Shown here one piece after another: positions 30,291 through 47,262 of a DNA stretch of 64,000 bases; positions within the stretch are counted from its first letter, which is position 1; each line of letters starts with the position of its first letter. The translations under genes were made by a program, and so were the position numbers. The DNA is from Blastocystis sp. Blastoise (lineage: Eukaryota; Protista; Bigyra: Opalinata): positions 1,302,001-1,366,000 of the forward strand of contig JBBPEB010000014.1 of NCBI GenBank assembly GCA_039096225.1, given 5' to 3'. The notes under the pieces are model-generated. The model was not told where the DNA came from. It did no database searches and worked only from the letters and a program-made list of their open reading frames with translations.

Positions 30291-32249
30291 TTAATCGGAC
30301 TTAAAAATAACTTTTTCCTTAGGAATATAGTGAGAATCACGAATACAATCAGCAATCTTATCAGCAATAGAAACCACAATAATCTTATTACACTTTTCAA
30401 GTTTTTCTTTTTCAATAGGAACTGTATCAAGTACCATGATTTCTTCAATAGCCGAACTTTGTAACATATCACAAGCTTGATTTAAGAATAAACCTATATT
30501 AATAATAATAAACATAATAATAATAATAAACATAATAATAATAATAAACATAATAATAATAATAAACATATAAACCATGAGTAACACATCCAAGAACACG
30601 TTTCGCACCGAATTCCTTAACAAAGTTAGCAGTATGAGCCATAGTTCTACCCATAGAAATAGCATAGTCGACAATAATGACATCACTTCCCTTAAGAATA
30701 TCGGATTGAGAGAGAGGTTCTAAAGAGGGATCGTCACCTTCAGTTTGATTGATCTGTTTCACATAATTCAAATCAAAAGCTACAATTTCAGTAGAAGGAT
30801 AAATGCGTTTTAATTCATCTCTAATATTATAGGCACGAGAAAGATCTTTATAACGAGGAGCAATAACAACAAGACGTCTTGAAGGATTAACTCTCTTTTT
30901 AAGATAGTCAATAGTAAGACTATTAGGATCAATAACTTCCATGGGAATATGATTACTGAAGATAGCACCATCAAACTTAGTTAAATTAACCTATAATATA
31001 TATATATAATCTATTTGTATTCTATATAATATATATATATACTTGAGCAGCCATATCTACAAGAATAACCTTATCAACACCCATAACTTCAATCATCTAT
31101 ATATATATATATATAATAATAATAAGTATAATACTAAGTATAATAATACTATAGATTACCTACCTTAGCGATATCAGCGGCAGAAGAGAAGATGAAGCTG
31201 GTACTACTATTATTACTATCAGTAACCTTTTGAGTATTACGTCTGTAAGAATAGAAGGGAATAATAGCAGTAATCTTCTTAGCAGAAGCTCTACGAATAC
31301 CACCAACCATTAAAAGTAATTCCATAATTCTATCGGATACAGGAGGACAAGTAGGTTGAATAATATAAACATCTTTTCCACGAACACTTTCTTGAATTTG
31401 AATATTAACTTCACCATCATTAAAATGGCTAACAATAATCTTACCAGGCTTAGTACCTATAAAATAAATATATAATACAATATATAAAATAAATATATAA
31501 TAAAATATATAATAAAATATATAAAATAAATAATAAAATATATAATAAAATATAAAATAAATATATAATAAAATAAAAATTTAAAATATATAATACAATA
31601 TATAATACAATATAAAATAAAAATTTAAAAATACCAAGAGCTTTAGCAACACGTTCAGTGAGTTCAGGATTTCCATTACCACCAAAGACTTTAAGTTCAT
31701 GACAACCAGGAACGAATTTCTTTTCAGCAGTACAAGGATGAGTGCTACCATTACTATAAAAAATAATAATAATAATTAATAAATTTTAAATAAATAATAT
31801 AGATATATACTGGCAAGGGCAGCATTCATCTTCACAAGGAACACATCCTTCACATTCTTCAGAGTTCTATTTTTTAAAATAAATAGATTTATATTTAATA
31901 ACATGCAAAATGAGAAAGAAAAATAAAAAAGAAGAAGATATATACATCGTTAGCATATAACTTAGAAGCACAGAATAAAGAAGCAGCACAGAAACCACCA
32001 GCAACAGCAGTCATTAAAGAGAGATTGTGACTAGCTAAAAAATATAAACGATAATATAGAGAATAAGAAAAACAAATAGGATATTTAAATTGTAGACCAT
32101 AAGTATATAATAGACATAGCAGCTTGAGAAGCAGTAGAGAAGTTACGAGAAATAGATCTCATAGCAGGTCTAGCTACAAAAGGATTAATTTCCTTGATAC
32201 TACTTCTAAGGAATTGAGATGTGATGACTCTAGATAACTTAGAGAACAT
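30291..32249 (-). CDS. Ribose-phosphate pyrophosphokinase (PRS)-like protein, organelle-targeted, catalytic motifs degenerate
   Basis: FNDGEVNIQIQESVRGKDVYIIQPTCPP..MELLLM..RRASAKKITAIIPF and VTHGLF; long N-terminal presequence, a hydrophobic segment and a Cys-rich exon. Confidence 0.9.
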
Positions 32250-33065
32250 TATTACAAGTCAAGGTTGTAAAAATTGAACTGTAAAATAAGTCTAACAATT
32301 CTTTAGGGGAACAACACACACCAACAAAACCAGAGAATTTTTTGTTGTTAATTGAACCGTGAATACATGTAAATACGATTATTCTTTAAAAACACCCATT
32401 ATCTATAATATTTCCAGGATTCTAGATTTGTAATTATTCACGGGAAGATGCTCTTTTTCAAAATGTATGGAATGAAACAAAACGGTTATAATCATGATTA
32501 TTTAGTCTTCTTTTATTTTTGAGTTAGAGTCTCTTTATTCACAAGTTATTTGAATCGAAAGCGTATTCCCTCTTCTTTATAAGATATCTATATCATAAAA
32601 ATTCAGTTAAAATGAAGGATCTTTATAATTGTGTCTGTTTTGATGTATATAAAATTGGATAGTTAAGTGTAATTTTCTTTTTTTAATATTAGAAGAATAG
32701 ATCTCATAATAGCTATAAGCATAGAATAATAAATATGAGCATGTTGTGGATTTTTTTGTGTAATTACTGGATACTATCTAAATTTGATTCTTAAATACAG
32801 TTCAATAACATCAGAAAACTAAATTAAAATATATAATAAGTTTTTAAGAGTGTTTCTAACCATTGGACAAGCTATTCATTTGCTAATTATCAAATATCAT
32901 ATTTCTCTTCATGTCTCAGATTATACTATCAAATAGGAATTATAGCATATACTTGTAAAGAAGCAAACAGCAAAGAGAAACGACATAATGAATAGAATTT
33001 TTAAATAACAACGATTATTTTATGAAAAGAACCATTTTATACTATTCTTCATATTGGTCTAATCT

Positions 33066-33477
33066 ATGGCTGCTAGACTTGCTTATAATACTCTAACGAA
33101 CTTGAATGCTATAAAGATCGTTGTGACACCAACGAATAAAGTTCTTCTTCAGAAAATGCTTCAAAATAGTAACATTATAAATACGTCATTAGTATCGCCA
33201 TCAATTGGAGAATTCTTACAAAATACTCCAAATGAAACAGTTTCCTATGATTTAGTTGGCAGAAACAAGAGAAGACCCAAGAAGGTATATTTCATTCGTG
33301 TGCTTGTTATGTATTATTTATTATTCTATTGACAAAAAGCAATTCTTTTTCTCTCCATTGATCATTTGTTTCTTTTCTCTAATTCTATTATATTAAAATG
33401 TGTTTCTATAGGCAAATCATGGTGCTAGACCAAACAGTCATGTTTCTCGTCGTGCTAAAGTACCTAAACATTTATAA
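33066..33477 (+). CDS. Small mitochondrial-targeted basic protein (possible mitoribosomal peptide); intron at 33285-33411
   Basis: MAARLA presequence; in-frame GT-AG splice gives C-terminal GRNKRRPKKANHGARPNSHVSRRAK. Confidence 0.7.
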
Positions 33478-33931
33478 AAAAATTATTTTTTATGTATATA
33501 AACATGTTTATTTTCAATGAATTCATTTTTCATTAATATTTTATCTATATTGGGGAATTCATTTATCTGATTACTGTATGAATGGTTGACTTTTTAATCT
33601 TAATTATTAATAACTAGTGTTTATAATGATATCCTAGTTTAGAACAATGAAAAACAAAGCAAGAGAGTCACAAGAGAACTATTCATATATTATTAATATA
33701 AAAAATGTATATATTGATAAGGAAGACAATACATTAAATACAATCCCATTAATCTTTTTGTTTTGATACAAAAAGAAGTATATATATTTATATATAGATA
33801 TAAAATAAACAAAAATAAACGTATAAAATATATATATATATTTTTTTGAATTTAAAAAAATGATAAATTTTTAGAATAGAAAATATTTATATATAGATCC
33901 ATAGAGAGAAATACTAATGATATAACTAGAA

Positions 33932-37122
<3,191 letters not shown>

Positions 37123-37900
37123 TTATATTAGTAAACTAATAAAATTTCCCTTTTATAAATAATGAATTTAATAAGAAAGAACATCAGAAAAAGGAATAAA
37201 AGAATGACCCATGACATTCGCGGTTTATTCATATTTATCGCCAATTAATTTCATTTATTCGTCGTTAAAAAACATTTATTTTGTACGATGTTTTTAATTG
37301 TTTGAAATAAGGTATCAATAGGTTATAAACATATGAATGGATATTTTATGGTGATATAGTATTGTATATGCTTTACATTTTAGTAGAACAAAGAAATTTT
37401 GTTTTTCTCTTAAGTCACACAATTGAATAAGTTATTATTCATTTCATTTAATCAAAATGATAGAAATCAATATATATAATATTAGAATCAGAAATGAAAA
37501 AGTAACTGAAAAAAAATGAAAAAGACATTTTTCTATGTTTATAATTCATTTCAAATATGATTACAAACATTTCGATATATCAAAAATTGTTTATATATTC
37601 AAAGTGATTGAACTATTCTTAGGATTTAGAAATAGGAGAAAGTAATAGCTAATTGACTGATGAAAGCTTTCTTAATAGTTACATCTTTCACATGACTTTC
37701 TTATTTATGAAGTATATATATTATTTCTAGAAAATCACAGAATCCTTTTATAAATGGCAAAAAATAAAAAATAAATGAAAAATAATGAAAAAACAAGTGG
37801 ATTCTCTCAAAAAATAAAGATATTCGTGAAAGTAGGTAAAAAATAATTTAAGTTTGTTCTAAGATATATTCTATATTATTTATTGAGACAAGTTGATATA

Positions 37901-38677
37901 ATGGGTAAGAACGATATAGTGAGTGCTGAATTATTCGCTTTAACTTATGGCGCTTTTATTGCTCAAATCATCGATGATTACGAAAATATGGATGATGTCA
38001 ACAGACAATTAGATGAAATAGGTTATAATATTGGTAATCGTCTTGTTGAAGAATTTTTAGCTAAAACAAAGACTCGAAATTGCAAAGATTTCAAGACAAC
38101 ATGTAATGTGATTGCTACTAAAGCTTTTCCTATGTTTCTTGGTGTAAGTGCTGAAGTTGTTGGTTCTAATGAAGAAGGAGACGTGTTCCATATTGGTATA
38201 TATTTATATAAAAAATGAATTAGTGTTTATTCTCTAGAAACAATATAAAGATTTGATTATAATTATTATTTTTGTTTATAAGGAATATTCTATTTTATTC
38301 TATATATAGTATTTCACGAGAATCCTCTTACCTTATTTGTAGAATTACCTGACGAATATAAAGATCTCAATTATTCTGCACTTATTTGTGGTGTTATTAA
38401 AGGAGCCTTAGAAATGTTACATGTATATATTTATAGTAATAAATAATAAGTATATTCATCGTAATAGTAATATTAATAATAAATATAATAATAAAATAAT
38501 ATAATCAAAGAATATATATATATATATATATGTATTATTAATATATGCTTCTTATAGATGAGAGTTGAATGTAGTTTTGTACAAGATATGATTAAAGGAG
38601 ACTCAAATTATGATATTCGTGTTAAATTAGTACAAGTTGTAGAAGAAAATGCTCGTTCAATGTATCGTGATGAATAG
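37901..38677 (+). CDS. TRAPPC3: TRAPP complex subunit 3 (Bet3), 3 exons
   Basis: ELFALTYG, GYNIGNRLVEEFLAK, AFPMFLG, ENPLTLFVELP, GVIKGALEM. Confidence 0.93.
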
Positions 38678-39074
38678 AAAACTATATTATAAATTATGAT
38701 TTTTTTAAAAGTTATTTTTTTTATATACTGATATAATAATATATATTTGCAAATTTTTGCTTGTAGGGTTCTTTTTATTTATTTGTGAATATGTATATAT
38801 ATTGAAATAATTAAATAATGATAGAATCATTGAAATTAATGATTCTATATTTATATAAGGAATACCGTTTAAATGTTATATTTGAATGGGTAAGTTTTAA
38901 AAAGATACTCTTCATAGTTTATAAAACAAACAATACAATTACAAATATTTCAATGAATCAAAAGATACACAGTATGTCTAATGAGTATTATAAATAAGAA
39001 ACGGAGTTATAGAATTATATTCTTTTAAAACTTAATATGAATAAGTATGTATACATTTAAAGTATTATAAATGT

Positions 39075-41278
39075 TTAATCCATCTTCGAAGTAATGAATT
39101 TCATATCACCAAGACGTCTATATAGGAGATAGAGGAATAGCAATTAATGGTATATTTATTATAATATTTATAGAATAGATTAATAATAATCAATAGTATA
39201 TTATTATAATATATATAGCATAGAGGAATAATAATTAATAGTATATTTATACTATAATATATAAGAATAGAAATAATAATTAATATAGAATTTCATATTA
39301 TGTTATATATATAGAAAAAATTAATAATATTCAATAGTATAGTTCAATATTATAATTTAATATATAAAATAGACTCATACCTAGGACAGACAATTTGTTT
39401 AATGATAAATACAATACAGAATACTAAACTAATAGAACCAACTATAATATAAGCATAACCAAGAACTGGGTTCTTTCCTCCTAGCCAATTTGTTGAAGTA
39501 ATAATAAGAGATTTGCTTCCTTCAAAGGAATTCACCTCAAAATCTAAAAGAGAGATACTTATAATTAATTATATATACCGATATGCTATTTTTGTATTAA
39601 TATCAATTATTTGAAATAAATAAGATGAATAAAAATAATGCAAAAAAAAAAGAATTATTAATTTATATAATATCATTATATATGAATATACTTATTGACA
39701 ATAAATAAATAAATGTTATATAATTTTATACTATTTTGGACTTTAAATGAAAGGACAGTTCCAGCAGGAATAGAAGTATTAATACGACCATAGAGTTTTC
39801 TGAATGTACTTAAAGCAGCACTTCGCATCCATACAATAAAGTGCTCATCCTATGTATATATATATATTATATATATATAGAGTGAGAGAATGCAAGATAA
39901 AAATAATAACTTATTAAATATGATATGCAAATAATATTAATAATATATATATATATACATACCATGATGCCTCCTCCATAAAAAGCGGAAGAATTCGGAT
40001 CGTCCTCTTTCGTGGCATGTATTTGAGGGTAAGACTCCGGTCTATATATAGTATATAATATAATAATATAATAATATAATAATATAATAATATAATAATA
40101 TAATAATATAATAATATAATAATATAATAATATAATAATATAATAATATAATAATATAATAATATAATAATATAATAATATAATAATATAATAATATAAT
40201 AATATAATAATATAATAATATAATAATATAATAATATAATAATAAAATTAACTATATACAACCATTTATAATTGGCATCATTCATATAATTTGATGGGTT
40301 CTTATATTCTGTTCTATCTATAGACCAACTAATATCTTTTTCGCACATTTGATAATTACTATTGGTTAATGTAAAAACATCTAATGAATACGAAAAATAT
40401 ATAGTTGAAATATAAAAATTTTATAGAAAAATAAGAAAAAAAAATATGTTAAATGAATAATATATAAAATAGCGATTTATACATAAGTTAATACTCATAA
40501 CTAAATATATATACCATTAAAAAAACTATTTGCAGCAAGTCCACATGGATTTAGAATTCTTTTAGAACTGTCGTCATCTTCATATAATTTACTACTACAA
40601 TCACTCTTTAAAGTAGATATAGAAATATCACTTTCTCCCGCTAATTGATTGGCTGAACGAGAATTCACATATTGACGATGATTCTAAAGAGATTTATTAC
40701 AATAATACTAATATATTATTTATAGACTAATCACAATAAAGAATATAATTTATATAAAATAGATCCATAATATATAATTGATCATAGAAATCATTAATAT
40801 ATACTTGATAAAAATTAGTTAATTCATAAAAAACAAGCACAGGGGAATTCATTGTCTCTTGAATATTAAATGAAATCTATATATATAAAGAATTTATATA
40901 ATAATAATAAATATATTAATAAGAAAAAAAAACATCTATGATTATTTATATACAAACATACAGTACACTCTTTATTTTGGTTTGCTTGAGAAATTTGGCA
41001 ATCAGACATTTCAGAATTTTGTCCATCATAAGTTATTTTATACTCAATAACAGAATTAGATGAGATGACAATGGATGTTCCTAATCCAACAAATAATAAA
41101 CCAATAAATCCAAAAAGAATAATAACATTCAAAGGAGTAAAAAGGGGTTGACAAGATTTCATACGATTTTGATATAAAGCGTTATCTAAATATATATATC
41201 ATTTTGTCTCATCTTTTAAAATAAGAATTTACCCTTAGGACGTTTTATTTCCTCTTTTGGAGCAGGTTGTTCTGACAT
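39075..41278 (-). CDS. CDC50/LEM3 P4-ATPase flippase beta subunit
   Basis: YELTNFYQNHRQYVNSR, PCGLAANSFFND, EHFIVWMRSAAL..KLYG, WLGGKNPVLG; two TM helices. Probable 5'UTR intron at 41288-41366. Confidence 0.94.
40060..40243. repeat. 8-bp (AATATAAT)n minisatellite in a CDC50 intron
   Basis: About 22 direct copies. Confidence 0.85.
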
Positions 41279-41682
41279 GATTTCTAACTATATACATAAT
41301 GAAAGTAGTAGATATAGGTGGCATTTGATATTTTCTAATAATTGAATAACTTATAATCATATATACCTGTAGATATCAAACGCAAAAACAAATTTTGATT
41401 TAAAAGAAAAAGTGTTTCCTTCAGTTGGAAAAATAATTTAAAAAGGGAAATATTGTGTTTTTATCTGGGAATTTTAATTTTTTTTTAGATCCTTTTCCAG
41501 TTTGATTTCTATTCATTCATTCAGAACTGATTGATTTCCATCTTTTCGTGTTTCGAGTAAATCACTATGACTAGATTGAAATAATAAATATGAAATAAAT
41601 GAGCCAAATTCTACTAAACTTCACTAATTCTTTATCTGTTAGTGTGCTTATTATTCATTGAAAAGTATTTAAAGATATCAGA

Positions 41683-41835
41683 ATGCTAGAGATTCCAGAT
41701 CCACATACTTGGAGAGGTATTTTAAAACTCATGGTGTTTGTTTTGCTTGGTACGATAAGTCAGATCTGTTATGGATATATTTGGTATATCATATATTCTT
41801 TTCTTCTTGGTCCACACGTTATGGTCCGAGAGTGA
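41683..41835 (+). CDS. Candidate 50-aa membrane microprotein
   Basis: MLEIPDPHTWRGILKLMVFVLLGTISQICYGYIWYIIYSFLLGPHVMVRE in a locally GC-richer island; below the ORF-track cutoff. Confidence 0.4.
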   Translation: MLEIPDPHTWRGILKLMVFVLLGTISQICYGYIWYIIYSFLLGPHVMVRE

Positions 41836-42229
41836 TATCTAAATAAAGTTTTTGTTAGTTCTATGTGTTCTTTTATTATAATTATAATTTTATTGGCTCT
41901 AATAGTACTGTCATGTTATGATATATAGTTCTGTTAGCAACTTTGTTTTCAATACATCTTAATGCCATAAATATATAAATCGAAAAACATAATGAATATA
42001 ATTTTAAAAATAAATAGATACACCATAAAAATGAAAAAATAAAATAATGAAAACAATTGTGACTATCAAAAGAAAATAATAGAAATAAACTACTTCTTAA
42101 GAGTTTAGAAAGCATTAGAATGATTCAGTCATAAATAAGAATAACTGAATATATATATATTGACAATAATATTATAATATGAATAGTTTAAGAGAGAATA
42201 TAAAGAGACAATATAGAAGAAAAGGAGAA

Positions 42230-44605
42230 TTATGAAAAACAATTTTTTTGATATAGGTCAGATTTAACTAAATACTGATTCCATTTATGATTCTGAAGAT
42301 ATTTTCTTAAATAAGCATTATATGTGATTTGATTTAAGATAATAATTGGATCTTCAATAATCTTTAAATCTGGTAAAATATCTTCAACACTTTTTGCATC
42401 AGCATATTTTTCTCTATATATACAATTATATACACATAGAATAATTCTTTATAGAATATAAAAAATGTTAATAAGAATAATATAAATGATAGTATACTTG
42501 AAGTTAATAGGAATCACTTTATTAAAAAGAGATTTAAAAGAAGGGGATACATTTGAATTCTTAGGAAATGTCTATATAAATATAAAAATAATAATTGAAT
42601 TCAAAGAAAAATTTCTAAAAATAATTCTTTTAATCAATTTTTTTTATCAATAATATATATATATTATATTTAAAAACTAAATAAATATAAATAAATATAT
42701 ATATATATACATGTTCTTTATAAGTTTGATTAAAGAATTGATTAAATTGATGAATACAGAATACTTCACTTAATGATGTTTCCCAAAGTTTACGTCTATT
42801 TGAATCTCCATATACATGAGATACATGTTTGGAAATGAAATTATATCCAGGAATAGCACCACCAATTGTAGGTACAAAATTCTTTATTTGTTTTGTAAAT
42901 ATCCATCCTATTGATTATATAGAGTATTTTTTATGATACTATTATTGTTTATATTATATAGTGAAAATAACAAAATTATAAATAATAAGTAGATGATGAA
43001 TAATATAGAATATAAATATAAATGAATAGTATTTATTGTTTTTATTAATAATTCTATATATATATACTATTTCCTCTAATTCTTCTTTTTTTACTTCTAT
43101 AGGCATGTTTATGAATAAGATATTCTAATCCATATTTTAAATTCAATTCATTATTTCGATCTCTTAAATCATCGATAATAAACTTAGGTAATATTAATGT
43201 TCTATTCAATTCTTTACTTAATATACATAAAAGCAAAAATGTTTCTCTTTGATTTACTATATATATATTGAATTATATGAATAATACATTTAATAATATA
43301 TATATTGAATTATTTTAAGAATATATTCAATAATATATATATTAAATTATTTTAAGAATATATTCAATAAATATATATATTGAATTATTTAAATAATATA
43401 TTCAATAATATATATATTGAATTATTTTAAGAATACATTCAATAATATATATATACAATGATTCATGCCATTCATAATTTGTGTATAGGTAATATATTTC
43501 TGATTGGTAGTATCATAATAATGTTCTTTATCATAGGTATAGAGACCTAATTCTTTCATTCGATAGATCTTTGCTTCATTCCCAAAGGCCCAATTATTAT
43601 GAAACATGATACATGTCTCACCTATAGAGAAGAAATGTAAAAATGTGGAATTCTGTAGTGAGTATTTTTATTCAAATAAGAATAACTTCACTCTATATAC
43701 TATTATGTAAATAATATAAATTATTCTATATAATAAGATTATGTATACATAATGTATAATTAAATATATATCGATTGGAATAAAAGAAAGTTCTTCCATC
43801 TTGATATCTCCATAGATCTAACGGATGCCATTTAAACTCTTTATTCTTATCATATAGATTAATAACTATATTTAAGGCTAATTGATCATCAATATTTCTT
43901 TCTCTCATAGTCTGAATGGTATCTATTAGGAATAGTATTGTATTGTTTGTTGATTGTAAATAACTATAGATATTATGAGAATTCATTATAGTATTAAGAT
44001 AAACTAATAAATATGAATATTAGAAATGAAATTGAACAAAAAATTATTTTTTAATATTAAAATTATGTAATAGAAACTAATCATATAAAGAATAGATAAT
44101 ATAATATAATATAATATAATCAATATACACAAAATAAATCAATATATACTATAATATAATCAATATATAATATATATAATATAATATATAATAGAATATA
44201 ATCAATATATAATATATATAATATAATATAATCTATAAATATAAAATAAATCAATATATACTATAATATAATCAATATATATAAAATAAATCAATACATA
44301 CAAGAATCCACCATTGGCACTTCTGAAGGGTAGATCTTCTTCAATGGAGAAACTGGCTTCATACTCGGGGTTTAAATATAGAAATGGATTACCAAATAAT
44401 GTTATATCTAAATCACAATTTAATATAGAAAAATGATGTTTAAGTAAAGTAATAAATAGTTCAAGCCGATTCTCCATTATTGTATTTAATAGTTGACTAC
44501 CATAAAAAGCAGAGTTTTGTTTACCAATTATATAGGGACTCATTATTATATTTACATTCTTGAATTTTAAAATCTAAAATAAGAATTATTAATATTTTAT
44601 TTTTG

Positions 44606-44640
<35 letters not shown>

Positions 44641-45198
44641 CTATTTACATTATAAATTGTAGGATCTCCACAAATAAAAACATAATTGGTTATATTATAT
44701 TTATATAAATTATTTTCAATGAACATCATTGTGAACTCTAAGTATTTTATTGTTGTGAATAGAACCATTAGATTTTTATTGATTTGAATGGATTGAAGAA
44801 GACTCAAATCTTTTATATCAAAAGAAGGATTTGAAAAAGATATGTTGTTATTCAATTGTTTTTCATCTATTCCTATATATGAGAAATAATAATATCATAT
44901 ACTCTTTATCATTGATGATTTAATTGGAGAACTAGTTGACTTTTTGACAACTAATTCAACATTTGACTTTTTAACAACTAATTCAACATTTGACTTTTTA
45001 ACAACTAATTCAACATTTGACTTCTTTAGAAGTGTTGTATTCACATAGTGATTGATGTTTTCCTGCTCAAAGTCTATATCCATTCTACAAAAAAGTAAAA
45101 ATGAAAAATGATTCTGAATATAGAAATAGATAATACTTAAATACATACGAATTATTTGTATTCATGAATAATTTTCTTTCAATAGGAACATAGCGCAT
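42230..45198 (-). CDS. Nucleotide-diphospho-sugar transferase (PF03407/GT77-like), about 10 exons
   Basis: SILNCDLDITLFGNPF (DxD), NGGFFYLQST, DDQLALN, FHNNWAFGNEAKIYRMKELGL; start codon uncertain. Confidence 0.82.
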
Positions 45199-46543
45199 GA
45201 TATTCCATGTGATGGTCTAATGACAGTAAATATTTTGAACAATTACATACCGTATATTGGTATAACACTTGAAACAAAGTAAAAATAGCAATTGAAACCC
45301 AGAAAAACTTCATAGATGGTTTGTTTGACATTTAAAAAATGACTAAAAACTCAAACAAAAATGGTTTATAGATTAAATATATGGATTATTGTTTTGGTAA
45401 AGATATATTTTACTCGGTAGAGTCATTCTGTAATTCATGATAGGGAAAAGCCATGAAATAGGAAAGACAATGAAATTTTCAAAGTTCATATTTTAGAGAA
45501 TTCATAAAATTTCATGATATATAGTAGATTCGAAATATGTATTTTCATAACAATGAAAAATGAAGCAAATTTAATCAATTCAAAGAATCACAAGCACAAA
45601 ATTCTTATTAAGTATTGTATTTTTTTAGCATGTATATGTATTATATAACTTGGGTATTTTCTTTTATTAAAAAGAAATTCAGTTCGAGCAATTTAATGAA
45701 TAATTGATATATATGATGTCATATTTACAGAGAATAAATACTCTCATTGATGCCTCAGAATATTTATATATAATATGATAATATAATAATTAAGATTTAA
45801 GGAACTTTGAGATTAAAAAAAAATTTTTGTTTTTGCAAAAAAATGTATATGCCACGTTTATCATCATAGTTACTAAATTAATATTATTTAAAAAAATGAT
45901 TATAGATCTTAGTCACATATAGGTTATTATATATATTATTGTTAACGAGTATATCCTATAGAATTATTTAATTGTTACAAATTCGTTGCATTAACGTTAG
46001 AAAATGGCACTAAAAAAATGACTTGATAAATATCATTAAAAAATATCAATAATTATTAAAAAAAAAATAAAATAAAATACAATTTCAAATTAGAATTAAA
46101 AAAAGAAAACTCAAAAATATTTTTATATATGTAAATATTTCAAAATTTTCATATAATGCTTAATTATAAATTCGTTCTAGAAAGAATATGAGTAAGAAAA
46201 AGCCATAATTATTAAAAGAAAGAAAGAAGAAAAGAAGCCTTCGTCTAATAGAAACAAGAATCAGTTTTATTTCTTCCGTTTCTGTAGAATAATCATAAAA
46301 ACCAGGAAAATAAGATAAGAATTCTATTGGTTTTAGATAGTCTTGTTTGATTTGTTATCAAAACATTAGTAGCCAATCATTCTATTCATTTAATCAAGAA
46401 ATAGCCAGTAGAATCATCTATTTAGGTATACAAGAGTTTCATATAGAAAGCTATAGAATAGTCGATGTCAAGAAAAATATTTGATTTTATTTAGATTATA
46501 TATTTTAATTATTTTTTTTGTGCATAACAAGATAAATTTAAAT

Positions 46544-47212
46544 ATGAATAGTATTTACAATATACATCATAAGACTAAGGAATTAGGTTACATTCGTTAC
46601 ATAATTGCTGCTTTATTCTTTGTTGCTGTTGCTCAATCTGTAAGTTTTTTAGTTGGATGAATCACTTGAATACTAATTCTGTTTGCTATATAGATTGAAA
46701 TTAAAGGAGGAAAGGCTCCTAGCTTTGCTAATACTCCTGCTGCTCCCTCTAAAGAAGTACATTTTCTTTATTTTTTTTGTTAATTTAAATTATATGTATA
46801 GTCCAGTGAAGTATACGAAAAGATTGATGGTTTAGAAAAGAAGATTGTATGTTGCTACCCCTCGTTTTTCTATAATTATCTAATGTTTCTTTTTTTTAAA
46901 TTATAATAATTTATTTAATTTATTCTTTATTCTATATATATATTATATATATATAGAAAGAACAAAATGAATTACTTTCTAAGATGCGTTCTGAATATGA
47001 ACAAACTAAAAAGGAAGCTTCCACTTTAGCTACTACTCAAGATCAAGAAATTAAACAATATGAAACTCAATTAAAGAATTTAAAGATTGTATTTTATTAT
47101 ATTTATTATATTTATATTTATTATGTTTTATTTATTATATTTATTATATTTATATTTATTATGCTCATTGTGTTTATTTTATTTATTATGTATATTTTAT
47201 TTATTATGTTTA

Positions 47213-47262
<50 letters not shown>

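Noticed and set aside
32031-32116. Possible non-canonical first intron of the PRS-like gene
   Set aside because: The GTCTAT donor with the second AG of TAGCTAG restores the frame canonically.
37657-37675. CTGATGA hammerhead or C-box-like motif
   Set aside because: No supporting stems, GAAA core spacing or D box.
43961-44301. Apparent frameshift at the NGGF junction of the glycosyltransferase
   Set aside because: A downstream TAG acceptor gives NGGFFYLQST canonically.
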